DNA of 64,000 nucleotides from a virus, in IMG/VR virus record IMGVR_UViG_3300001533_001295, positions 1 through 64,000 of that record. One strand, written 5' to 3'. The translations under genes and the position numbers were made by a program. Under the pieces are notes generated by a model. It was given only the letters and a program-made list of their open reading frames with translations. It made no database searches and was not told the origin of the DNA. This document shows, piece after piece, positions 1-10,400 of this stretch; positions within the stretch are counted from its first letter, which is position 1; each line of letters starts with the position of its first letter.

Positions 1-123
1 ATAGCACTGGCTTATATTGATGAAAATAAACGTCCCCGTGTAGTGGTGGGATATGTAGGAGAAGATGGCATTGAAGCTGATACATACTATAAAGTTGAAA
101 ACGGAAAATTGGTAAAAGCTTAA
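1..123 (+). CDS. 3' end of phage hypothetical protein (partial)
   Basis: Open frame from base 1: IALAYIDENKRPRVVVGYVGEDGIEADTYYKVENGKLVKA*; the GEDGIxADTYYxxxNG ending is typical of a common phage protein family. Confidence 0.6.
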   Translation: MALAYIDENKRPRVVVGYVGEDGIEADTYYKVENGKLVKA

Positions 124-286
124 AGCTAGTAGACAACTATAACGGTACTTACGCGCTTAAGCCTATAGAGAAAGATAGTTGTATTAATGTAAGTAAGCTT
201 AGAATTAAGGAGAAAAAGATTTGGAGTATTAAATGCTCAACTAATAATGTTCTAGCTAGAGTTGATGGTTCACCTGTTTTGCTTTT

Positions 287-1840
287 TTGTTCTTGATTGG
301 AATTACTATGGCGAAGTTGAGAAAAGGCCGTAGAGCTTCTGTTTCTTTGAAGCCTTCTACTGTGATGAGTGGTGTGCATTTCTTCGTTAAGAATGCGCAA
401 GTAAAATACATTCGGCCTGACTGGGATAAGATTTCCCAGCCTACGGTAGTTAAAGTACTGCCGGCTATTGACGATGAGTCAGGCAAGAAGAAGTTTCTAC
501 CTTACAGGTATGATGAAGGGCTACACGGATTCAACGACTGGTATTGTCCGCTACCTACAGCCACCTATATCGGCACTAACGAAGACTGTAAGCAGAGTTT
601 TATCTTGTTCGATCCGATGGATCCGGACTATGATGAGGCGCAGAATCCTTACATCATTATGTTTAGGACTTTGCGTCGGCTAAGTTCGACCACTAGGTTG
701 GTAAAGGTGCCTGGCGTAAATAGGCAGATCTCGACGGCCGAGATCGCTGTGCTGATGCCGGGCCGTTCTAGCGACATGAAGAGTCAAGCCTTCTCTAGGC
801 CTGACCAGAGAATTACGTTCTTGAACGTTATTCCTATTTATCATCGTGATAAGTTTGCCGGTAGGCAGCACGATGGTAAGTTCTATTTTAACGGAACGCA
901 CGAAGATGACGTTCCGGTAATTATGGGCCTATCCAGCTCGGCTGGTGTAGAGCTGCTTAAGCAGGCTAACATACCTGCGAGCGAAGATGTTGATACGTCT
1001 GACTACATGAACGCTTACCATCATGGCGACTTTACGTCGCTCACAGACGGTAAGTTAGTTATGTTGTTTGATACGCGTAAGTTTTCGGCGGAAACTTTTA
1101 CCGCTGAGGCTCGCACCAACAAGAGCGTGCTGTCTGCTGACGAAGCCTTAGGCGGAGCAGACAAGTCTAACGAGGGTTTCGGTCGCTACGAAGTTGTTAT
1201 TAGGGACGAGTTCGTACTAACTCACCCTGAGACTCGTAGAGATGTAACGGTCTCTAATAAGCATATGGCTAAGCACGCCGACGCTATTTTAAATAACTAT
1301 CCACCTCTGGGTGAGTTGTTCCACGTTCCAACTCACGAAGAGATCGTCAAGTACCTGGCTCTGGCTTTTAAAGACCAGCCTTACTTGCTGTATCTCGGAG
1401 GTCTAGCTGACTTCGGTTACCTAGACACGGACGAAGTTAAAGGCATTATTAACGCTCGTAAGCAAGTCGCAGCTACCGATAATCGCTACGCGGGAGCCGA
1501 AAGCTTAGACGATCTGAGCGATGACTTAGATGATGGCGACGATGATGAGTCGTTTAACTCTAAGCCAAAAACTGTAAGTAGTAAAAACACAGTTAAGTCG
1601 ACTATCGAAGACGACGAGGACAGCCTCATTGACTGGCCTGACGATGAGGACGATAGCGATGGTGTAGCTAATGCCATCTTTGCGTCTTCAGACGAAGAAG
1701 ATGAAGACGGCCCAGATATTAAAGATCTGCTGTCGGATATGGATGCAGACGAGCCGCCGGCTGCTCCTAAAACTAAGAAAGTCTTGAAGAAGCGTAAGGC
1801 TTCGGCCGGCGGTACTTTTGCTGACGATATCCCGTTCTGA
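287..1840 (+). CDS. Probable single-stranded DNA-binding protein (likely start ATG 308)
   Basis: Long acidic C-terminal tail ending in DDIPF, the bacterial SSB-Ct motif; adjacent to RecA-like gene. Confidence 0.6.
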   Translation: MFLIGITMAKLRKGRRASVSLKPSTVMSGVHFFVKNAQVKYIRPDWDKISQPTVVKVLPAIDDESGKKKFLPYRYDEGLHGFNDWYCPLPTATYIGTNEDCKQSFILFDPMDPDYDEAQNPYIIMFRTLRRLSSTTRLVKVPGVNRQISTAEIAVLMPGRSSDMKSQAFSRPDQRITFLNVIPIYHRDKFAGRQHDGKFYFNGTHEDDVPVIMGLSSSAGVELLKQANIPASEDVDTSDYMNAYHHGDFTSLTDGKLVMLFDTRKFSAETFTAEARTNKSVLSADEALGGADKSNEGFGRYEVVIRDEFVLTHPETRRDVTVSNKHMAKHADAILNNYPPLGELFHVPTHEEIVKYLALAFKDQPYLLYLGGLADFGYLDTDEVKGIINARKQVAATDNRYAGAESLDDLSDDLDDGDDDESFNSKPKTVSSKNTVKSTIEDDEDSLIDWPDDEDDSDGVANAIFASSDEEDEDGPDIKDLLSDMDADEPPAAPKTKKVLKKRKASAGGTFADDIPF

Positions 1841-1877
1841 AGATAACGTCTAGCGTCTTAGCTGTTTGTGTTGTGTT

Positions 1878-1904
1878 CCCGGCCCCTTTTTAGGGGCCGG
1901 GTTT
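1878..1904 (+). terminator. GC-rich hairpin, possible terminator
   Basis: cccggcccct-tttt-aggggccggg followed by ttt. Confidence 0.5.
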
Positions 1905-3309
1905 GGTGTTAAAGGATTTAGCAGTGGCGAAGAAAAAGATAGAAAACGACGGCGATATACATTCTTTAAGGCTTAAGTTAGCTCGATCTTCGTTTAACGA
2001 AGACGTGAAAAGCCTAAATAAGTCTTCGTTAAAACGTGGCAACGTAGAGGTACGCTGTTTAGATGCTAGTGATAGTCCTTTAATTATCGGCTTTGAGTTG
2101 CCGTTTCCTTTGCAGTTTTTATTTTCTTCTAGAGTGATGCCTCTCGGCGTTTGTATGGAGTTAGCCGGCGAGAGAATGTCTTGTAAGAGCTTATTTACTT
2201 ACGAGCTCGGTCGCATATTTTGCGACAACGGCGGCTGGATGGAGCTTATAAACACGGAAAGTAAATATAGCCAGACGTTAGCTATGAGTATTTTGGGCTA
2301 CGATAGGCCGTACGCTATCAACGCTCAAATGATAAATGATATGTCTCTATGGCAGAAAGCCTTAAAAACTAGAGCCGAGAGTATTATCGACGGGATGGTG
2401 TCAGGCGATAAGGCCAACGGAATACCAGCTGGAGCTACTTACCCAGTTCTTCTAGCTGTCGATTCGATTGCTGGCGCTAGCCTATCTGAAACCAACGCTA
2501 GGATTGATAAGGACGGCAGTGCTGGCCGTGCTTTTCCGTTAGAAGCTTTAAGCTTAACTAATTACTTAAAGTACTTAGCCGGACAAATAAGTCCCTATCC
2601 TATTACAGGTTTATTTGTCAATCACTTAAAAATTAAGCCGGGTGAGAATATGTACCAGCCGGCTGAAGAACGTACGCCTGGCGGCACGCATGTTAAATTT
2701 CAGGTATCTTTAATTGTGTACATGTACCGTAAGGCTAAATCTACGCACCTAGACCCAAGTCCTAGTGGGTCAGGTACGATCGAGCGTAGACAGATTCAGT
2801 TTAAGATAGCTAAGAGCAGCATAGGCGCTGACAATCGCAAGATGTCTGCCTGGGTATCTTGGTGTCACCGTAAGGGTGAAGACGGTAACATGCGTCAGAT
2901 AACCAGGTGGCAGTGGAATGAAGCAACTACTCGCTTGCTGTGTGATTTCCAAAAAGGAAAGTTATATCCGTCTACTAAGTTAAGTGAATCTACTTGGCGC
3001 ACTAAGATGGATGACTATTTTCATTTTAGGGATCTAGGCAGAGGCAACTTCTGCAGCGACTCCTTAGGTGTTCCTTCCTCTGATCCGCTCACGGCTTCAG
3101 AGATAGGTAAGCTGATTAACGATACGCCGGAAGCTATGAGTTCTCTAAGGCTGTTGTTCGGCATACATGACAACTGCCTGTGGGAACCAGGCGAAGACTT
3201 TGAGAAAATTAGAAAAGCTGCAAGTTTATACAAGGACGACGATTTTATAAACAATGCTCTCGGCAACTCTTTCGACGAAGAAACCGTTAACATATTGGAT
3301 GATGTCTGA
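1903..3309 (+). CDS. RecA/UvsX-like recombinase
   Basis: Walker A variant ELAGERMSCKS, INTE, Walker B LLAVDSIA, FVNH...TPGG...KF motifs of the RecA family. Confidence 0.8.
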   Translation: MVLKDLAVAKKKIENDGDIHSLRLKLARSSFNEDVKSLNKSSLKRGNVEVRCLDASDSPLIIGFELPFPLQFLFSSRVMPLGVCMELAGERMSCKSLFTYELGRIFCDNGGWMELINTESKYSQTLAMSILGYDRPYAINAQMINDMSLWQKALKTRAESIIDGMVSGDKANGIPAGATYPVLLAVDSIAGASLSETNARIDKDGSAGRAFPLEALSLTNYLKYLAGQISPYPITGLFVNHLKIKPGENMYQPAEERTPGGTHVKFQVSLIVYMYRKAKSTHLDPSPSGSGTIERRQIQFKIAKSSIGADNRKMSAWVSWCHRKGEDGNMRQITRWQWNEATTRLLCDFQKGKLYPSTKLSESTWRTKMDDYFHFRDLGRGNFCSDSLGVPSSDPLTASEIGKLINDTPEAMSSLRLLFGIHDNCLWEPGEDFEKIRKAASLYKDDDFINNALGNSFDEETVNILDDV

Positions 3310-3851
3310 TGGTATATAAGTCTGAAGCTCAGCAACGCAGGCATTTAACCTTTGAGCAGCAGGGATATCAGAGGTTAGAGGACGAAGCCGTAAAAACACT
3401 AGTTACGGCTATGAAGCTTCCTATTAGGGATTTTGAAGCTATTAAGCAGATAGCTAAAGCCAGGTCTCAAGACGGCTCTGGCTTAATGCTGCTATCTGAC
3501 TTTTATGAGCATGTACCTGAGTTTCCTTTAGATTTAGTTTGTGCTCCTAACGAAAATCTCAGAGCTAATGCGTCTCTTGGGCAGGTGTTTTGTTTGAGTA
3601 ACTTCACTCAGTACAAGTTCTACCGGGAGCTGATCGAGTCTAGAAAGTCTTCTAATTCAAGGAAAAGTCCTATAGGCGTGCTAATTAGGTGGCCGTATAT
3701 GGTTGATCTTATGTGCTTGCATACGGCAGCTATTAACACGACAGCTCCTTACTCTTACATGTGCGTGAGAGTATCGGACAACCTACCAGCTATGCGACTT
3801 GAGCCGCTAAAACAATTGATCAAAGCAATTTACAATGACGGCGAAAAATAA
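3309..3851 (+). CDS. Hypothetical protein
   Basis: 180 aa ORF, TGATG overlap with upstream gene. Confidence 0.7.
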   Translation: MVYKSEAQQRRHLTFEQQGYQRLEDEAVKTLVTAMKLPIRDFEAIKQIAKARSQDGSGLMLLSDFYEHVPEFPLDLVCAPNENLRANASLGQVFCLSNFTQYKFYRELIESRKSSNSRKSPIGVLIRWPYMVDLMCLHTAAINTTAPYSYMCVRVSDNLPAMRLEPLKQLIKAIYNDGEK

Positions 3852-4920
3852 AAATGAGCCTTTATTCGTCAGCCACCGAAATATTACTTCAAGTAAGTTA
3901 GACGACTTTACAGAAATACTTAATAAATCAGATCAAAGTTTAGCTACACTATTCATATCTGATTTAAATAATGTGTGCATCGGGGCTGACGGTAAAGTCG
4001 CTAATAGGTACACGTACTCTTATCCGGCCTTCAGACAGGTAGGTAATTCTATAGGGCCTGGTTTAAGTTCTTTTTTAATTTTAAATTACAAAGATCACGT
4101 TGATAATTTAAAAAATAAAGAAGACTTCGACTCAGATAAGTACGGCAACTTAATTAAGTACGTAGCCGGTACTTTTAATAGAGTAGTTAAATTTAACTTA
4201 AACAAACTCGCAGGTACTAAGTTTATAGTTAGCAACGACTCTAATTTAATAGACGGTCATATAGGTCGTAGGTTTATTATAGTTAGAAATAAACTAATAT
4301 TTTCGCAGGCATTAGAGTTAGCTGACTCTATGGCAGACAAGCCTAAGTTCGTACTAGGCTCTCTGTACGGTCGCGACATGACCGCCATATTTATATCCGA
4401 AAAAACTTTCTTAAATAAAAATAACTGTTCATTTAAGCGTGGCTTTTTAGTTCAAAACAGAGAAGTATCTGGTAGAGCTATTCGGTTCGCTAATTTAATC
4501 TACTGCACTGAGTTTAAGGGCTTCGCTTTAGACTCATTCTACCCGGACACACGTATCAATCATGTGTCTGCTGCTAAGCTGATAAAGAAGGTCTCAGCCC
4601 TGTCTGACACTATGCAGTCTAGGCAGCTTTCAAAAGACATAGTTAGCCAAAAAATAGATACAGCTTTGAACAGTACTGTGCTTAACTCCAAGGTTGACTT
4701 GACTAAAAAATTTCAGAAAAAGCTAGCTAGCTGGCTAGCAGAGGGGGGCGTTTCTAGTTATAGAAGAGAGCTGTTCTTAGAGGATCTTGCGGGCTTGGCC
4801 TCAAGAAGGAAGGTCTCCAAGTACGATATGTTCGGCTTGATGATCGCCTTGAAGTCTGTAGGCTTGTTAGATCAAGACGTTAGTGCTAGTCGCCTAGCGT
4901 ATCAACTTCTTTTTGCCTGA
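3835..4920 (+). CDS. Hypothetical protein, possibly DUF932-like
   Basis: 361 aa ORF; weak resemblance (GRRFIIVRN..., VQNREVSG...) to phage DUF932-type proteins. Confidence 0.5.
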   Translation: MTAKNKNEPLFVSHRNITSSKLDDFTEILNKSDQSLATLFISDLNNVCIGADGKVANRYTYSYPAFRQVGNSIGPGLSSFLILNYKDHVDNLKNKEDFDSDKYGNLIKYVAGTFNRVVKFNLNKLAGTKFIVSNDSNLIDGHIGRRFIIVRNKLIFSQALELADSMADKPKFVLGSLYGRDMTAIFISEKTFLNKNNCSFKRGFLVQNREVSGRAIRFANLIYCTEFKGFALDSFYPDTRINHVSAAKLIKKVSALSDTMQSRQLSKDIVSQKIDTALNSTVLNSKVDLTKKFQKKLASWLAEGGVSSYRRELFLEDLAGLASRRKVSKYDMFGLMIALKSVGLLDQDVSASRLAYQLLFA

Positions 4921-4934
4921 CACAGGAGTTAGAT

Positions 4935-6041
4935 GTGGCGAAAACTGAAGAAGTAAACGAGGGTCTCTCTCTGACGGATGTACAGTTGGACACCTCAGCA
5001 CCTGAGGTTAGTAGACGTATCAGCGCAGAGAAGACGATGCCTACGGCTTTGCGAAAGATTTCTGAGGAAATCGAGCAGGCCAAGGGAAAGCTAGGAAAGC
5101 TTGAGCTAGGTACTGAGTTCACTATCGCAGAAAGACTGCTGTTCTGTAAGGAAGATCCTCAGACGTACGGCACGTCGGGTTTGCAGCAGCTAGCGTCTAG
5201 ACATAATTTTTCGTCTAGCCAGGTATCTAACTACGTGCGGGTAGCTGAGACTTTTACGCGCGAAGACCTGGATCAGTTTATCGAGTATAACTCTAAGCAA
5301 ACCTCTAGATACAATCGTATTACCTTCTCTCACCTATGTCAGTTCTCTCGCGTCTCTGACGAAGATACGCGGCAGGCTATTATTATGCGGACCTGCAAGG
5401 AGGGTCTGCCTATTACCGATGTCGCTAAGATGGTCGATGACAATAAGGTCATCGCCAACCTAGCTGGAGACACGGATAAGTCGCTAATCATTAAACCTGT
5501 TCCGACGCTTAACGCCGGTCTAAAGCTTTGCGACAAGTTTAACGAGGTCACTTCTAGGGTGATGTCGGCAGAGTTTGCTTCCAGGGTTATGGAGCTGGCT
5601 CAAGGCAAGTCTAGTAAAAAGCTGTTCGGTTTGCTTGAAGATTACGCGCTATGTCTGAACGACCTAGCTGAAATTATCGACCAGCAAAAGCAGTCTTTGG
5701 AGGCTGTTATTGATAAGGCAGCGGCTGTTAAGGCGCAGGCAGCTAATCTAGACGAAGTTGAACCAGTCGTAGACGAGGTAGAAGACGACACGTTCGAAGA
5801 TGATGTCGAGGAGGTCAGTGATGACCAGGAGGTGTCGGTCGAAGATTTCGTAAAGACTACTAAACTGCTAGCTGACGATGAAGACGAAGAAGAAGAGGTT
5901 GAAGAAGTCGACGAGCTAGACGAGGAAGAAGTCGACGACGATGAAGAACTCGAAGACGACGAAGAGTACGAGGACGACGAAGAGTACGAGGACGACGAGG
6001 AGTTCGAAGAAGAAGAAGTCGAAGAAGCCCAAAAGCAGTAG
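4935..6041 (+). CDS. Hypothetical protein with long acidic C-terminal tail
   Basis: 368 aa, RBS aggag upstream, D/E-rich tail. Confidence 0.75.
   Translation: MAKTEEVNEGLSLTDVQLDTSAPEVSRRISAEKTMPTALRKISEEIEQAKGKLGKLELGTEFTIAERLLFCKEDPQTYGTSGLQQLASRHNFSSSQVSNYVRVAETFTREDLDQFIEYNSKQTSRYNRITFSHLCQFSRVSDEDTRQAIIMRTCKEGLPITDVAKMVDDNKVIANLAGDTDKSLIIKPVPTLNAGLKLCDKFNEVTSRVMSAEFASRVMELAQGKSSKKLFGLLEDYALCLNDLAEIIDQQKQSLEAVIDKAAAVKAQAANLDEVEPVVDEVEDDTFEDDVEEVSDDQEVSVEDFVKTTKLLADDEDEEEEVEEVDELDEEEVDDDEELEDDEEYEDDEEYEDDEEFEEEEVEEAQKQ
5929..6022 (+). repeat. 18-bp tandem coding repeat (EEYEDD)
   Basis: gaagagtacgaggacgac and variants repeated in tandem. Confidence 0.8.
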
Positions 6042-6489
6042 GATTCTTCCCGGTCAGAAAATACCGGGAGACGAGTCTCACCTTACTGGTTACTACTGTC
6101 ACGCTCCCGCCGGCAGCTCGGATATTACTTTCGGGCTGCGGGCGGGATTTAATTTTGGTGAGAAAGTTAATTTAGCCGACAATCTAAAAGTTAATGAGTT
6201 AAATGCTCTGCGCGAGTTCGCTGGTATAGTGGCCCACGCCTTAAACTCAGGCGTAGACATTACGAGTTTAGACGTAATGTTTAATCAAATAAAAGTCTTT
6301 GTAAACAGCAATCAAGTGCATTATGGAGACAAATACCAGCCATTAGGGCTGGAAGTTCTTCAGACCGCTATATACCGTTATTTATTTAAAGAACATAAAC
6401 CGTCTAAATTATACAAAGGTGATGTTATAGAAGTCGTACCTCAACACTTTACGAGAGCGGCTAGATTAAGTGACAAACGAAAAAAATAA
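5941..6489 (+). CDS. Hypothetical protein (true start uncertain, probably downstream)
   Basis: N-terminal part is an off-frame reading of the acidic repeat; the C-terminal part fills the gap to the next gene. Confidence 0.45.
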   Translation: MKNSKTTKSTRTTKSTRTTRSSKKKKSKKPKSSRILPGQKIPGDESHLTGYYCHAPAGSSDITFGLRAGFNFGEKVNLADNLKVNELNALREFAGIVAHALNSGVDITSLDVMFNQIKVFVNSNQVHYGDKYQPLGLEVLQTAIYRYLFKEHKPSKLYKGDVIEVVPQHFTRAARLSDKRKK

Positions 6490-7234
6490 AACTCTAAAAT
6501 TTACTACCATCCCTAAGAAAGCTAGATATTTAGCCTTAAGTGTTTTTAGATATATTAAAAGTAATCACGTAGACAAAGACCCAGATCAACCTAGATCTAA
6601 GACTATAGCTAATCTTAAAGTTTACTTTCCTAAGACTTATGACTCCGTATTAATGGCTTCAGCGCCGGAGTTATTTTCTAGTCATAGGTTGAGTGTAGGT
6701 AGTGCTAGAGCCATCGCTTGGCGCTTAGCGGTCAACGCTAGGCTAATGCGCTCAGGCTACTCTGTATCTCCTAAAGCTCAAGTAAAAGAGCACGTTGCTT
6801 TAGCTAAAGTGACTTCCGTCAACATAGATAAAAATTACGGCGGCAAGAATAGAATTAAATTAGTTTTGAACTTAACTGTATTAACCGGTTTTTTAGCTGG
6901 ATCTGTTAGGCCTGTAATCTTGCCACATAATTACGGGCCTATATTATTTAGAAACTTAGTCGGTAGGTTGAGGTTTAGTTACAGCTATTCTCCGCTACTG
7001 CTGGGAGGCCTTAAACTCTTAATACACATAGTACCTAGAGAAGAAGGCCAGGACATAACTCAGCTAAATGCTTCGCCGTCTAATAGGTATTCTAACACTA
7101 AGCTAACTAAGGCTAGGTTTAGAGAAGTTAGTCCGTGTGTACACGAAGACAAGCAGATAGTAGACTGTCTACTTTGCTCGAGAGGTAGGCAGAGCTGCAG
7201 ACTAGGTCTAACTTTGTATGACCGCATTAAATAG
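6470..7234 (+). CDS. Basic hypothetical protein with C-terminal Cys cluster
   Basis: 254 aa, C..DCLLC..C near C-terminus. Confidence 0.7.
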   Translation: MTNEKNKTLKFTTIPKKARYLALSVFRYIKSNHVDKDPDQPRSKTIANLKVYFPKTYDSVLMASAPELFSSHRLSVGSARAIAWRLAVNARLMRSGYSVSPKAQVKEHVALAKVTSVNIDKNYGGKNRIKLVLNLTVLTGFLAGSVRPVILPHNYGPILFRNLVGRLRFSYSYSPLLLGGLKLLIHIVPREEGQDITQLNASPSNRYSNTKLTKARFREVSPCVHEDKQIVDCLLCSRGRQSCRLGLTLYDRIK

Positions 7235-7243
7235 GATGAAAGT

Positions 7244-7879
7244 ATGAGTGAGAAGCTAAAAGAACTAGACTCGTTACTTTTCAACAAGATCACTATGGTC
7301 AAGCCTAAGGGTTACGGCGATGACACGCAGTGGTTTAGCCCAGACGCCCATGTGGTGGCTATGGTCGCGCAGTGTGTTGACCACGTAGCTGCCGCCTTTG
7401 AGACGGACTTCTGGCCTGAGCTAACTAAGACTATATGCAAGGCGCACGATTTAACTGAAGAAGAACTTGAGCAGCACGTAGTAGCTGCTTTTAAAGTTAT
7501 TCACGATTTCTTCCAGCGTGCCACGGATGGTACGGCTGAGGATATGACTTATTTAGACGCGCTCAACAACGTGGGCTGGGCTAACATGCACCCAGCTGGG
7601 CGTGTAGCGTATATGGCTATGGTGTCCCAGTACTTCTTCGCAAGGTTCTGGGTAGCCTGCAGGCAGCTAGTGCGTATGGGTATCGAACCTTCCCAAGTTT
7701 TTGGAAAGATCGCCAGTAATGCTCAGGAGCTAATGCGTTTAGTTAACGAAAACGTTACGCCTGAGGTAGAAGCTGTAAACAGGCTTAAGAAAGCTGTGCT
7801 GTTCGCTAAAGGCGCTGACTTCAGCAACTACATGATCAACCGAGTAGTTGAAGAAACTATACTTGAGAGCGCTAGATAA
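7244..7879 (+). CDS. Hypothetical protein
   Basis: 211 aa ORF in operon. Confidence 0.75.
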   Translation: MSEKLKELDSLLFNKITMVKPKGYGDDTQWFSPDAHVVAMVAQCVDHVAAAFETDFWPELTKTICKAHDLTEEELEQHVVAAFKVIHDFFQRATDGTAEDMTYLDALNNVGWANMHPAGRVAYMAMVSQYFFARFWVACRQLVRMGIEPSQVFGKIASNAQELMRLVNENVTPEVEAVNRLKKAVLFAKGADFSNYMINRVVEETILESAR

Positions 7880-8527
7880 ATGGTAGAGCTGTTGGGGTAT
7901 TTTGGTGACGACCTTATGGTCGTTAATGCGGCTAGGGTATCTTTTAATAAGTATAAAAAGATACTGGATTATTCGGATGAGCGGTTAATAAGGTTTTTAA
8001 TTAAACGTAAACATACTAGTCCGCTAAGGCATCCACAGCTACAGTTCAGGATAAGCTGTCCTGTCTATGTAGAGCGCCAGCTTTTTAAGCATCAAGTTGG
8101 AATGTCGGCCAACAGCATTAGCGCTAGGTATGTTGACTTTAGTGATTCTTACACTTCAATTAAAACCTGGAGGAAGCAGTCTACGAGTTCAAAGCAAGGT
8201 AGCGAGGGCGAAGTCGACGACCAAAAAACTTGCCGAGAACTAGAAAATAACGTAATTAACTTATGTAGAAATACTTACAACAAACTACTAGAACTAGGTG
8301 TGTCTAAAGAACAGGCTAGGACAATACTGCCTTTAAATCTGAACACTACTTTTATCTGGACTGGAAGTCTGCTGGCCTACTTACATCTATTTAACTTACG
8401 CATTAAATCTGACGCTCAAGCTGAAACCAGAGAGGTAGCTGAAGCTATGTTAGATAGTGTGATTAATTTAAAAGATAGGCCGTTTAGTAAAGTCATTACA
8501 GCTTGGCAAGAGTTAAAAAATGTCTGA
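7880..8527 (+). CDS. thyX: FAD-dependent thymidylate synthase
   Basis: VVNAARVSF, HTSP, RQLFKHQVG..NSISARY, EQARTILP, RIKSDAQAE motifs. Confidence 0.93.
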   Translation: MVELLGYFGDDLMVVNAARVSFNKYKKILDYSDERLIRFLIKRKHTSPLRHPQLQFRISCPVYVERQLFKHQVGMSANSISARYVDFSDSYTSIKTWRKQSTSSKQGSEGEVDDQKTCRELENNVINLCRNTYNKLLELGVSKEQARTILPLNLNTTFIWTGSLLAYLHLFNLRIKSDAQAETREVAEAMLDSVINLKDRPFSKVITAWQELKNV

Positions 8528-9083
8528 CTATTTACCAGGTGGTGTTGACTTAGGTCTCAAAGGAGGCTGCGCGTTTACCCACCTTGGTAAAGTTGTGTAC
8601 ATTTTTAAAGTTCCTAAGCGCAATGTAAAAATTAATAGTCTCAGAAAGATAAGAAAAAAAATAACCGAAGTAAAAAAAGTAGTATCAGTCTATGATACTG
8701 TCAAGCTCTTAGAGCACTTAGACGCAGCTGACATAAAAGCTAAAAACTTAGGCTTTAAGGGTATAAAACTAGTAATAGAAGATTTCCAGCAAAGACCAGG
8801 CTTTAACCATCCTAAGAGTTATCTATCTACAGGCGGCTGCCTGCAGTTCTGGCGAGACTCCTGTTTGATTGCAGGAGTTAATTTCTATATGGTCTCTCCC
8901 GTCACTTGGAAAAGAGACATGTCTTTAACTAGCGATAAAGAGCTCAGCTGCAAGTTAGCCTGTGATATGTTTCCTGGTAACAGTGTTTTTATAAAAGATG
9001 ACAATCTAGCTGAAGCAGCATTACTGTCACATTGGTTTTCTGTTTTCAAGAAAGATCTTTTATGTTCTCCTACGGAATCGTAG
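8520..9083 (+). CDS. RuvC-like Holliday junction resolvase
   Basis: GVDLGLKGG, VIED, VSPVTWK, DDNLAEAALL motifs of phage RuvC-like proteins. Confidence 0.75.
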   Translation: MSDYLPGGVDLGLKGGCAFTHLGKVVYIFKVPKRNVKINSLRKIRKKITEVKKVVSVYDTVKLLEHLDAADIKAKNLGFKGIKLVIEDFQQRPGFNHPKSYLSTGGCLQFWRDSCLIAGVNFYMVSPVTWKRDMSLTSDKELSCKLACDMFPGNSVFIKDDNLAEAALLSHWFSVFKKDLLCSPTES

Positions 9084-9667
9084 CTGTCAGCACTCAATCT
9101 CCAAGTAACGTGCCGTTTGATCCACCTGAGTTTACAGCGCCTAAGAACTATACTGACCCTATCAAGATCAAAGATTACGTCCAAAAGAAGACCGAAGCCT
9201 GGTTAGACGGTTTGAACGCTAATCCAGTGTTAGCAGAGACTGTCGATGTCTCATACTTTTTTAAGAAAGACTACGCAGGTGAAGCTTCTCCTGCTAAATT
9301 TAAAAACGTAGAAGAAGCTATGGCTAAAATGGAAGAGCTCGCTAAAGGAGTTAACGCGCGCGAGTTCACTTGGTTTAGTTTCGACGTAGACTTCACTGTA
9401 CGATTAATACGACACTACGCTGCTAGGAACGGTCTGACGAGCTTAGCCGCTCTCAGCCATGCTAATAGGGTGGACTGTTGGTCGTTGTTAGGTGTTAAGT
9501 CTGATTACATTCCGCAAAAAGCGGCGTGGGATATTTGGTTTGATTTAGCTAGTAAGTCTGATATGCCTTCGAATTTAAGTAAGGATCTTACTGGAAAAGA
9601 TCAAGGAAAAGTTTGTGTGGCTATGGCTTACCATATTGTTAGGGCTTACGGGCTAGTGTGCTCGTAG
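9032..9667 (+). CDS. PolB-type 3'-5' exonuclease-like protein, catalytic residues not evident (likely start 9062)
   Basis: APKNYTDPIKIKDYV segment resembles stand-alone phage exonucleases; DxE of ExoI replaced by AVST. Confidence 0.45.
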   Translation: MVFCFQERSFMFSYGIVAVSTQSPSNVPFDPPEFTAPKNYTDPIKIKDYVQKKTEAWLDGLNANPVLAETVDVSYFFKKDYAGEASPAKFKNVEEAMAKMEELAKGVNAREFTWFSFDVDFTVRLIRHYAARNGLTSLAALSHANRVDCWSLLGVKSDYIPQKAAWDIWFDLASKSDMPSNLSKDLTGKDQGKVCVAMAYHIVRAYGLVCS

Positions 9668-9695
9668 AATTACTAAGAATCACAGGTTAACTTAA

Positions 9696-10400
9696 ATGTT
9701 AGGCTCAGGCGTCGATAGATTTGACTATAAACAGGATCCAATCGAACTGGTTAAAATGTCTGGCGCTAGAGGTTGTTCTCTAGTCAAGGCGTCTGAGGAC
9801 TTTGAATTTTTTGTACCGTACGTACCTGCGGTAGTTATGTCGAATAACTACGTAGATCCACTTATGGTATGTAGGTCAGCTGTAGGGATTCCCAGTAAGA
9901 TGTATTACTGGGAATCCCCTTATCAATTAGTAGAGCTAGGTAAGGTTGGACGCCACCTTGGCTTAAGTTCACACGTAATATTTGGTTTAAAGAAAGACGA
10001 CTGGGCTACAGTATCCGAGCATGTTGGGTCTATTAACGTAAAAACATTTTCTCCGGTAGACCCTAAAAATTCGTTCGTATTACACTTCGGCGTACAGACT
10101 CTGGATATGGCTGACCCTCTGGCTCCTAGTAGTAAGCACTACAGCGGAGCCGACGACTTGCGTATAAAGTTAAACGCATTTGTAATTAATAGTCAGTTCT
10201 GGGGTATAATACTTAGAGACCACGGTATTAAGAAATTTGGTCTGCCGACCTTTTTTAGAATAACCGTAAAGCAGTCGCTAGCTGATCCTAAGTCAGAATA
10301 CTTTGTCAAGGCTGTTATCGAAGGTGTAGCTCCTGACGATTCTTTAGGTATTTTAAATAGCTCTAAGTTCAGTAATAATGGTGGATTACATGGAATCTAA
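9696..10400 (+). CDS. Hypothetical protein
   Basis: 234 aa ORF. Confidence 0.7.
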   Translation: MLGSGVDRFDYKQDPIELVKMSGARGCSLVKASEDFEFFVPYVPAVVMSNNYVDPLMVCRSAVGIPSKMYYWESPYQLVELGKVGRHLGLSSHVIFGLKKDDWATVSEHVGSINVKTFSPVDPKNSFVLHFGVQTLDMADPLAPSSKHYSGADDLRIKLNAFVINSQFWGIILRDHGIKKFGLPTFFRITVKQSLADPKSEYFVKAVIEGVAPDDSLGILNSSKFSNNGGLHGI

